Origin: Polyangiaceae bacterium
GTDB taxonomy: Bacteria; Myxococcota_A; Polyangia; Polyangiales; Polyangiaceae
Length of the DNA: 64,000 bases
NCBI GenBank assembly: GCA_965222375.1
Contig: CBDCTZ010000014.1
Coordinates: 640,001-704,000, forward strand
Direction: 5' to 3'
Within the stretch, counting starts at the first letter, position 1. The number at the start of each line of letters is the position of its first letter. Both the position numbers and the translations under genes were made by a program. Below the pieces are notes generated by a model. It was not told the origin of the DNA. It saw only the letters and a program-made list of their open reading frames with translations, and searched no databases. This document shows positions 32,046-40,736 of this stretch, piece after piece.

Positions 32046-33537
32046 CTCAAGATCTATCACATCTTGCCAAGCGCAAAGGGCTGTGATCAAAGCTTCAAAT
32101 GGCTGAAGGAAAGCGGATCGCTTGGGTTGAAAAAGACTTTGGAGGCGCGGAGCTCGGGGACGCGAGACGTTCTGCCCGGTTGCTCCAAGTGGTTGACGCG
32201 GTTGCACGGCAGCCCGGCCTGGGATTCCCTCGTGCCTTCGAATCCACTGCCGAATTGGAGGGCTTCTATCGATTTATCAACAACGACGCGTTCGACGGAC
32301 AGGCAGTTCTGAAGCCGCATCGAAAAGCAACGCAGGCACGTGCGGAAGCTTCCGACGGCGTGCTGTTCATTCACGACACGACGACGGTTGAGTTTCGGGG
32401 AGAGGGAACGCGCGAAGGGCTAGGATATACGACCGCTCTTGGTCGTCAGGGATTCATGGCCCATGTGTCGCTGTGTATCAGCGCCTCGAGTGGTCTTCCT
32501 CTCGGGATCAGCAACATCGAGACTTACACACGCACCGGGAAGACTTGGAGAAAACGAAAGAAGAAGCGGTCCGCAAGGCGTGACGGTGAGCCGCGCGAAT
32601 CGGCACGATGGTTGCGTGGCGTGACTGCGTCGGAAACGGAGGCGCTTCGAGGCCGAGCAATCCACATCATGGATGCCGAGGCGGACTTCTTCGACCTCAT
32701 GCGGCAGCTGACGAGCGAATCTTCGCGATTTGTCATCCGCGCTGGGCAGCTGGAGCGCCTCGTGCACGACGAAGGTGAACTCGTCCACCTACGCCAAGCG
32801 GTTGATGGACTCAAAGCCGTTGCACATCGAGACGTCTTCTTGAGCGAGCGGAAACGGAACGTGAAAACGCAGGGAGCAAAAGGCCGGAAGAAGCACCCAC
32901 CGCGAGACGCGCGAACCGCCCGTGTTGCCATTGCTGGAACAACTGTTTCCTTCGGAAAGACCCGGTACACGCGCCATGCGGGAGGGAGTTTCGAGCTGAA
33001 TGTCGTGCGTGCATGGGAGGTCTCTCCACCACCGGGCGAGGACCCCGTTGATTGGATTCTTCTCACGTCCGAGCCGGTAGGAACCCAAGCGCAGCTCAAA
33101 AGAATCGCCGACCTGTATTGCAAGCGATGGACGATTGAGGACTACTTCAAAGCGCTAAAAACAGGCTGTTCACTCGAACGAAGGCAGGTGGAGTCCTACG
33201 ATGCGCTCCGCAAGGTCCTGGCAATTCTTGCCCCCATCGCATGCCGGCTTCTCTGGCTGCGAGCGATGGACCGAACGAATTCCAACGCGCCGGCAGCCAG
33301 TGCATTTGATGCAGTGAGTCTCGAACTGCTCCAACGAGACCGTGCAACCCGCGGCATGCGTCCGCCAAGAACAGTAGGTGATGCCGTCGCCCTACTTGCC
33401 CGGCTGGGTGGCCATATCAAGAACAACGGGCCACCGGGTTGGATGACGCTGGGGCGCGGCTACGAAAAGCTTCTGCTCCTGAAAGCTGGGTGGCACATGG
33501 CCTTCGATTCCATCCAGAAAAAGTGATCAATCATGAG
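32046..33537 (+). mobile_element. Intact IS4-family (IS50/Tn5-like) element with 10-bp target duplication
   Basis: IRs ctcaagatctatcac / gtgatcaatcatgag; direct repeat ccaccatccg at 32036-32045 and 33538-33547. Confidence 0.93.
32099..33526 (+). CDS. IS4-family transposase
   Basis: GAELGDARR, IHDTT, MDAEAD, YCKRWTIEDYFKALKTGC, LARLGG. Confidence 0.95.
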   Translation: MAEGKRIAWVEKDFGGAELGDARRSARLLQVVDAVARQPGLGFPRAFESTAELEGFYRFINNDAFDGQAVLKPHRKATQARAEASDGVLFIHDTTTVEFRGEGTREGLGYTTALGRQGFMAHVSLCISASSGLPLGISNIETYTRTGKTWRKRKKKRSARRDGEPRESARWLRGVTASETEALRGRAIHIMDAEADFFDLMRQLTSESSRFVIRAGQLERLVHDEGELVHLRQAVDGLKAVAHRDVFLSERKRNVKTQGAKGRKKHPPRDARTARVAIAGTTVSFGKTRYTRHAGGSFELNVVRAWEVSPPPGEDPVDWILLTSEPVGTQAQLKRIADLYCKRWTIEDYFKALKTGCSLERRQVESYDALRKVLAILAPIACRLLWLRAMDRTNSNAPAASAFDAVSLELLQRDRATRGMRPPRTVGDAVALLARLGGHIKNNGPPGWMTLGRGYEKLLLLKAGWHMAFDSIQKK

Positions 33538-34103
33538 CCACCATCCGTCCTCGCGCCTGCGGCGCTGCGGGCGGGTGGCCTCCCCCAAATCGCGGGACTG
33601 CGGCCTTCGGCCTTGCCCGCTCAGGGGGAGGAAGGCACGACCCGACGCAGCAACGGCTGGCAGACCGTGCTGTGAGTGGGAGGTGGGAGGCAGAGTTAGT
33701 CGGGAGCCAGACGACGGCTCAGCGCGCACCCGGCTTCGCTTGCAGCCGGTCGTACTGGTTGCACGTCGTGCAAGCGGGTGCCGGCAGCTCCTAGGCCGGC
33801 AGCTCCCGAGCAGAAATCCCGCGCATACGGACTCGTTGGCACACCTTCTTCTTGGTTGGATGTGCCTCGTCCAGTCGTGCACATGCGCGGGCCTGGTTTC
33901 ATGAGCCCAACCCCTCCTTGTGGATGGAAACGGCAGCCGTGTCTCCCGGCAATGCCACGTACGCATGAGTGGGTACCCGATCGACGATCGGGATGAAAGA
34001 CCGACGGCGCCATGATACGAGCTTGGGGCAGCCGACCCTTGAACAGACGTTCGCCGGCGGAGCACGCCGCGCACTTGCACAATAATGCCGTTCGCCAACG
34101 ACG

Positions 34104-34835
34104 ATGAGCCAGCGTTCTCTGGATAGCGAAGAAACCCGCGACACCCTCGCAGCCGCGCTCCGCCCCAGCGGTCGCATCGACGTGCGCCCCAACTCGTCCG
34201 ACGGGGGGCCTGCCCTGTCCCCGCGCGTGCAGCGGCGCATCGCCGACGCGTTCGGCGCGGGCCGGGGCGACGGCGTGCTGCAGCTCGGCGCGGGAGAGCT
34301 CGACACCGACCTCGATCCGACGCTCGCGTACTGGCGCGAGGTCGGCAAGGCCGTGGTGGCCAGAGTCTGCGGCGCGCTCGATCCAACCGATCCGAAGTCG
34401 GTCGTCGTGCCGGAGCCCGATCCGGGAGAGCTGACGAGCTTCGCCCAGGCCGCCCCTCCCATGTTGGGCGCGGAGCTGATCACGCCGTCCTTGCTCGGCG
34501 ACGTCTGGGCCGACGTCGGCAAGGCCCTGAGAGCCGAGGCCGCGCGCTCCGACGAGGGCGTTCAGGGATACCTGAAGCGGCAGAGCTCGGCGTGGCACGT
34601 CGTCGGCCGCGTCTGCTTGCACCTGGCCGAGAACAAGCGCGACCCGTCGTTCCCCTTCGCCTTCATCGCGACCTACGCGCACCAGATCTCCAAGCGGGCC
34701 AGGCCCCAGCACCGGCCCCTCGGGCAGGCGCTCCAGGAGCTCGCCGGAGCGAGAAACCGGCAGAAGCTGCTCGCGTTGCTCTCCCCCCTGTCGCTCGCGG
34801 CCGAAGGGAGCGAGCTCATTCGCGAGCTCGTCCAC
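34104..34835 (+). pseudogene. SNF2-family helicase N-terminal fragment
   Basis: APPMLGAELIT, WHVVGRVCLHLAENK..PFAFIATY; helicase core absent; frame degenerates about 120 bp before repeat F. Confidence 0.8.
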
Positions 34836-34951
34836 GTCACGCGCATGCGGACGGTCGGGTGGCGCCGCGATCAAGCGCAGCGTCGTCACTGGCGCTTTCG
34901 CCGCCAACGTTGTGCCCCTGGCCATAGCCGGCCTTGTTGCGCCTGGCATGG

Positions 34952-35347
34952 GGCCCCCTGCCGCACCTCGCAGAACCGTCGATGACGGACTCGTTGGCCC
35001 ATCCCCCAAAAACCAAACCCCGAAGATCAGGTCAGGACTTGGTTGACGCGCTTGAAGGCTCGGCTGGAGGGGCCGAGTTTGGTGGAGATGCCGTGGGCTT
35101 CGATCAGGGTGTTGTAGAGGTCGAGGCCTTCGGCGCCGACGTCGACGATACTGCCGGTCTTGAAGCGACCGTTGGCGCCGCTGATGGCGTGGAATAGGCC
35201 GGAGAGCTCGCGTTTGGAATCGCTGTGGCGTCCGTCGCCGCTTTCCGTCGAGATGGTGATGAGGGAGTTTTCCAGGATCGTCTTGCCGTTGTCGTCGGCG
35301 TCGTTGGGATCGTCGAGCAGCTTCAAGAACCGCGCGAACTCCGCGAG
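34952..35347. repeat. Array repeat copy F: motif plus 107 codons of DUF1552 3' end
   Basis: 34978-35347 matches 40688-41057 with one mismatch seen (35150 a versus 40860 g). Confidence 0.97.
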
Positions 35348-35457
35348 GAATGACCGTTCGGCGCTACGACCTGTGTTGGGAGGGAACAACGCTGACGCAA
35401 GTCGTCGACCGGCTCAAGAAGACGTCCAAGTGCGGATTCTGCTCATTCATTGTAGCG

Positions 35458-35763
35458 TTACTGCGCCGCGTCTTTGCGCGCCCCATCGAGCACCCACTCC
35501 TCGGTATTGGGTACGGACTGATAGCGCGCTGCTTTCCCGCAGCCCCGGACCCCCAAAGTGCTCTCACGTCCGTTAGGATAGTGAGTCAGCGCTTGGATCT
35601 TGAGTTTGGCGCGCGGACAATCGAGGTCAAACTCCGCGATGCTGGCCACTTTCGCGCGCGCTTTCTGGTTGTTTTCTTGCACCAGGCCCTTGAACGCCGC
35701 CCCGCAGCCCATGAATGTGCAAACGAGCAGCATCGTTAGGCCCGCTAGCCCATGGCGATCCAT
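35458..35763 (-). CDS. Small lipoprotein
   Basis: FMGC lipobox; AEFDLDCP...GVRGCGKAARY. Confidence 0.75.
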   Translation of the reverse strand: MDRHGLAGLTMLLVCTFMGCGAAFKGLVQENNQKARAKVASIAEFDLDCPRAKLKIQALTHYPNGRESTLGVRGCGKAARYQSVPNTEEWVLDGARKDAAQ

Positions 35764-36014
35764 CGGCAGTGCCTATCATATGTCGCTCGTCCAGACTAGC
35801 TCACCCTCCGGCCCCTCCCAAGCTGGCTCTCAAATCGCCGTCATTCCACCCTGAATGAAACAACTAGATCGTGGAACGGAGGTTACGTGAACCTTCCACG
35901 CCGTGTTTCGGCGCGAACGCTTTTGGTCGGCCTGGACTCTCCAGATTCCGCTCTTCGACGTCGAGCATTCGCTCCCCTCCGCTGGCGACAGCCTACAACG
36001 CAGTTCGTTTGTCG

Positions 36015-36048
36015 TCAGCTCAGATCAACAGTGAACGGGACATTGCCC
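36015..36048 (-). mobile_element. Orphan IS256 inverted repeat
   Basis: Reverse complement matches 28935-28968 at 33 of 34 positions. Confidence 0.85.
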
Positions 36049-36115
36049 AGCCCTCGCCAGTGGCGATATAGGTGATGTCCCCCACCCAACCACGATTTGG
36101 AGCAGCAACGTCAGC
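36049..36115 (-). pseudogene. IS3-family integrase-core scrap
   Basis: APNRGWVGDITYIATGEGW. Confidence 0.75.
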
Positions 36116-36121
36116 TCGAGC

Positions 36122-36141
36122 GGCGCGTAGGACAATCGAAC
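36122..36141 (-). other. Candidate oriIS of the IS91-like element
   Basis: Sense strand GTTCGATTGTCCTACGCGCC, about 160 bp after the transposase stop; resembles ISCR oriIS (..GTTTGAACTTCCTATAC..) as recalled. Confidence 0.5.
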
Positions 36142-37599
36142 TGTGAAAACGCGGGTGGGGAGGGCCGAGGAGGGTGGCAAAGAGCGGCGACGATAGCACC
36201 GGGAGCGGAACGGCTGGGTGGTTTGCAGGCGAAGGGGGGTCTTTTGCTGAGATGTCGGCGAGCCCAAGACGCAGCTCCGCCGAAGCGGCCTGCGTGTGGC
36301 GCTCAACCCTGTCTGGCCGGGAACTGGAGCACCAGTTGCTCGGGCACGGGCAGCTGGGCCCGAGGGCTCGGAGGAGCTCGCGGGCCAAGACCGTGCTCAG
36401 CGAGCAGCCGCGTGATGTCGACGCGGGTGGTCGCGATGTCAGCCCAGCGCAGCGGTCCGTTACAGCGTGGGCAGTGCTCCAGGTCGGCCCTGAAGACGTG
36501 CGCGAGGAGCCAAGCCCAGCGCTTGCGTGATGGTGGAGCGTCGTCCAACTCGTCAAGCAACTCTAACTGATCGCCGGGAGCGGGAGGAGGCTTGTCTGCG
36601 GCGTGGTCGGCGTGGTCGGCGGCCGGATTGGGGACGACTCGTTCCCGGTGCGAGGAATGACTAGAGAGCACGCCGAAGTAGCGCAACATGTGGAAGCGCG
36701 GGGGCGGTACTGCCGAGACCATACGTGCAATCAGGTCGTGGGGCTCGAGAACGAGCGCGCGCGTGCCGTCCCGCCACGGCTTGTTGAAGCTGAGCTCGAG
36801 CTTGCCGTCTGTGCGTCGCTCGAGGCGGTCCTGGGCGACAGGCGGTCGCGTGATGTACTTGCAAAGTCGCTCGACGCGGCGGCGGTCCCGCCCGTCCACG
36901 AGCTGCGCGGCGTGGATGTTGATGCCGCGCACTTCGGCGATGGGCTGGTCGGTGATGTCGGAGGCGCGAGGGCGCGCGGGGGGGCTCTTGGGGGAGCAGC
37001 AATCGCAGCAGAGGCTTGCCGGCGCGCTGCCCGCTGAGGGAAATACCTTGCGCAGCAGCGGCATAGCAGCCTGCAAGAGCAGGCTCATCCAGGCAGAGCA
37101 GCGGCGGCTCGGCGTCGCCGAACTCAGGGTCGAGGCTGCGGCCGTGGGCGTGCAGGATGCGCTCGACGCGTACGGCCGTGCGTGCGGCAACCTCCGCGAT
37201 GTCCGCGTGGGTTGGCGCGTCAAGCTCAAGGAACTCGAGTGGAGCGTGAGGGTCGTCTCCTTGGTGCCAGTGCACGCCGTCGAGCACGAGTGCGTGAAAA
37301 TGCACGTTTAGTCGCAGAGCACTGTCCGTGCGCTGCACCGCGACCAGTGCGCCGGTCAGCAGGTCGCGTGCGCTAGCGAGCCCCAACTGTTGTTTGGCAC
37401 GCCAGCGCAGCGAGCGACGCACCTCGGTCATGAACCCGCTCACCACCTCGGAGCAGAGCTTGCGGTCATACCCCAGCAGCGCTCGCAGTCCCCAGGGCAA
37501 TGAGCAGATCCAGTGACGGATGGGCACGCTTGGCAGCACCCGCGTTTCGAGATGCACAGCAGTATCGGCCATCAGCAATACAACATGATGCGCACAAGA

Positions 37600-37880
37600 C
37601 CGGTGTGCGTACCGTCGTTTACGCGTGGCACCCGTTGCATGGTCAGGCCGTCGCGGTGGTTTGTCGTGGCGCTTTCGGCATGCTCCGCTGTTTGGTAGGC
37701 CCGGGCGCGCCGGACCGACTCGTGAGCATCCCTGCGTGGATGCTGGACCCGGTGTCCTGCGCGGGGATGCGGGTCGAAGCTGAACCGCGCGTGTCGATGA
37801 GCGCGCTCGAAGAGCTCCGCTGCCTGCTGGAGGAGTCCCGAGCGCTGGACATGGGGCACGAGTCGGGGGCACTGACGGCG
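37600..37880 (+). CDS. Accessory ORF of the LSR element (DUF5372/Y4bD-like; boundaries uncertain)
   Basis: VYAWHPLHGQ...IPAWMLDP motifs. Confidence 0.5.
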
Positions 37881-37881
37881 C

Positions 37882-38064
37882 ATGAAGAAGCGCAGACGAA
37901 GACGCGGGGTTCAAATGGTTCTGCCACAACCCGGCCCGCCGCTTCCGAGGTGGAAGGCACTTCCCGAAGCGTCGCGCAAGGAGGTCATCACGCTGCTCGC
38001 CGAAGCGCTCCGACAACACAGCCGACGACAACTCGGAAGACGAAAGGGAGGTCATCATGAATGA
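37882..38064 (+). CDS. Small accessory protein overlapping the recombinase start
   Basis: W..LP...R.EV..LLAEAL helix; overlaps ATG 38057. Confidence 0.55.
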   Translation: MKKRRRRRGVQMVLPQPGPPLPRWKALPEASRKEVITLLAEALRQHSRRQLGRRKGGHHE

Positions 38065-40141
38065 GAAGATCGGCGAACACCACGTGGCGCGACGCGCGAT
38101 CCTGTACGTACGCCAGTCGTCCCAGCAACAGCTGATGAACAACCGCGAAAGCCAGCGGCAGCAATACGCGATGCGTGACCGATTGCGCGAGTTGGGGTTT
38201 CGCGAGGTCGACGTGATCGATGAGGACCTGGGCAAATCGGCAGCTGGGTCCGTCGAGCGCAGAGGTTTCCGCCGGCTGGTCGCTGACGTTTCCCTTGGTC
38301 AGGTGGGTGCCGTGGCCGCCCGGGAAGTTTCGCGTTTCGCGCGCAACAGTCGGGAGTGGCAGCAACTCATCGAGATCTGTCGCGTGGTCGACACGCTGCT
38401 GGTGGATCACGACACGGTGTATGCGCCGCGACATAGCAACGACCGTTTGCTCTTGGGGCTCAAGGGCAGCCTCAACGAGTACGAGCTCGACCTGCTACGC
38501 ATGCGTGGATTGGAGGCACAAAGGCAGAAAGCGCAGCGCGGGGAATTGGTTGCGGGCGTTCCGGTGGGTTACCGAGTGGGAGGTGATGGACGCCTCGAGA
38601 AGGCGCCGGACGCACGTATCCGGCAGGCCATCGAGCTAGTCTTCTCCAAGTTCTTCGAACTGGGTAGTGCGCGACAGGTGGTGATATGGATGCGCGAGAG
38701 CGGCATTCAGACACCCGTGAACCGCAATCGGCGTGGCGAGGTTGTCTGGAAGAAGCCGACGGCCGACTTCGTCTATCGGACACTGAAGAATCCGATTTAT
38801 GCGGGCGCCTACGTGTACGGACGGACCAAAGTCCACACCCGTATCGTGGACGGGCAGCCCCGACGTGCCGCTACGCGAGTGCCTCGAGACCAGTGGTCGG
38901 CGTTGCTTCGGGACCGTCACGAGGCATATATCAGCTGGGAGCAGTTCGAGCGTGCGTGACAAATGTTGTCAAAGAACGAACAGAGGCGAGGAGCAGCAGG
39001 AGCACCCAAGGGTGGCGCTGCACTCCTGGGCGGCCTCGTTTGGTGTCGCCGTTGCGGCCGCCGCCTGGGCGTGAGTTATAGCGGGACAAAGCAAGGTATT
39101 GCTCGCTACACATGCAACGATGACCACGACCGCTCCGGTGGACCGCGATGCATCTCGTTCAGCGCAACCGACGTGGACGCGCAGATCGTCGAGCGGGTGC
39201 TCGCTGTCGTGCGGCCGGGTGCGATCGAAGCTGCCCACGTTGCATGGGACCAGGACGTGGCGGAACGTGATGATGCCGTGGCTGCGCTGGAACTGCAGCT
39301 GCAACAGGCGCGCTACGAGGCTCAACGCGCTGAACGTCAATACGATGCTGTCGAGCCTGAAAACCGCACCGTGGCCGTCGAACTCGAGCGCCGATGGAAT
39401 ACTGCCCTCGAAGCCGTACGCACAGTCGAGCAGCGCATCGGCGAGGCCACGGCAACGCGGGCAGAGGTCTCGCGCCCACCCGACATCGGGCGATATCTCG
39501 AGCTCGCACGCGACGTGGAACGCGTGTGGACAGCGCCTACGACCAAGCCATCCACGAAGAAGCGCATCACGCGCGCTGTGGTGGAGCAGGTTTGGGTTGA
39601 CGTGGACACCGAGCGCTCCGAGATCCTCCTCGTCGTGCACTGGAAGGGAGGGGTGCACACCGAGTTACGTGTCCCCAAGCGTCGCACTGGCCAACGTCGC
39701 AACACCACAGCTGCCGAAGTCGTCGAAGCCGTGCGCGTGCTCGCGCGCGTCATGGGCGACATGCAGATCGCCCGATGGCTTGGGCGCGCTGGTGTGCGCA
39801 CGCCCACGGGAGGCCACTACAGCCGGGCGCTGGTCGCGTCTGTACGCCATCGATACAAGATCGAACCGTGCTCGAAGCAGCGTGATCGGGGCGAATGGCT
39901 GACCTGCGAAGAAGCTGCAGCTCTTGTTCAGGTCGATCCGAAGACGCTACGACGCGCAGCGCAGCGAAACGAAATTCCCTCGCAGCATCCGCTACCGAAT
40001 GGACCCTGGATCTTCGCTCGCAGCGATGTCGTGGGCTCGGACGCAGCCGAGCGCATCACCACCCGAGCACGTGCATACCGACAAGGCAAGAACACTGGAC
40101 CTGCACCGAACCAACTCAACCTAACAATTCCAAAGACATAG
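38057..40141 (+). pseudogene. Large serine recombinase with one in-frame TGA (38957-38959)
   Basis: YVRQSS catalytic motif, SRFARN, LKNPIYAG, Zn ribbon CRRCG, coiled coil, C-terminal HTH; both ORFs are in the same frame. Confidence 0.9.
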
Positions 40142-40660
40142 CGAGGTGATGCATCATGAAGCGTCCTTCATGCGACGTCCGAGACAAGATGGACAGAAGC
40201 CGCGTCGCTTGCAGCTGAATGCCACCAGCTCCGAGTAGCCGCAGTCGCGACAGGCCAGGCGCAAACACCCATGCTCGAGCAAACCGCAGCGCAGGTACTC
40301 CTCGAACTCGGCCGTCACGAAGCGAGGCAGACCGCCCTGCTCCTCTGCACGCTCCAGGAACGCCGGCCAGTGCTCGGCCACCGTCTGGTAGAGCACGGTG
40401 GTCTCAGGGCGATGACGGAACCTGGAATGCTCGGCCTCGCGGCGAGGGTGTGCGTGCGCTGGGTGACCCACGCCATGGCGTTAGCCAGGAGCGTGCCGCT
40501 CACGCTATGCCAGCAATTGCGCGCATACAGGCCTCTCGCGGGTGGCGAGGCGCCGGCCTCGGCATTGGCGAAGTGCCAGCGGAGGGCAGCACCGGAAGGG
40601 CGGCGCTGTCGCCGTGCCTCCTTGCTCGGCACGCTCGTGTCGTGTGCTTAGGAGAGGGTC

Positions 40661-40736
40661 GGCCCCGCGCCGGCCCTCGAAGAAACGGTCGATGACGGAC
40701 TCGTTGGCCCATCCCCCAAAAACCAAACCCCGAAGA
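40661..40736. repeat. Array repeat copy G (native position, between the DUF1552 stop and the IS91 leader)
   Basis: ggccccgcgccggccctcgaagaaacggtcgatgacggactcgttggcccatcccccaaaaacc. Confidence 0.95.

Larger units (their letters stand above)
37573..40171 (+). mobile_element. 2.6-kb large serine recombinase mobile element
   Basis: AT at both junctions (37571-37572, 40170-40171); catgatgc/gcatcatg inverted repeats each 11 bp inside; removal restores the transposase frame. Confidence 0.9.
36303..40471 (-). pseudogene. IS91-family (Y2/HUH) transposase, split by the LSR element and frameshifted near 36990
   Basis: Zn-binding N-terminus (YLRCG..C..C..AFSCKRRGFCPSCLGRRM, 40471-40170) rejoins in frame to ADTAVHL...NVHFHALVLDG (from 37570); C-terminus CKYITRP, RYFGVL, CPRC. 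Confidence 0.92.

Noticed and set aside
33696..35009. Long antisense or shadow ORFs (also 36661-38235 in part, 40935-42143, 47225-48478, 49164-50258)
   Set aside because: They overlap better-supported genes and are expected in high-GC DNA.
37573..40171. LSR as the integrase that built the array
   Set aside because: Its att arms bound only the 2.6-kb element and do not resemble the array motif.
40505..40726. Motif as a conserved peptide (GGWANESVIDRFFEGRRG)
   Set aside because: Copies B and F have a 1-nt indel in the core and the downstream frames are unrelated, so conservation appears to be at the DNA level.
4024..40736. Motif copies as a CRISPR array
   Set aside because: Copies are kilobases apart and variable; no cas genes.
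4024..40736. Motif copies as integron attC or Xer dif sites
   Set aside because: No RYYYAAC/GTTRRRY ends, no single-gene cassette spacing, no tyrosine recombinase and no dif-like arms.
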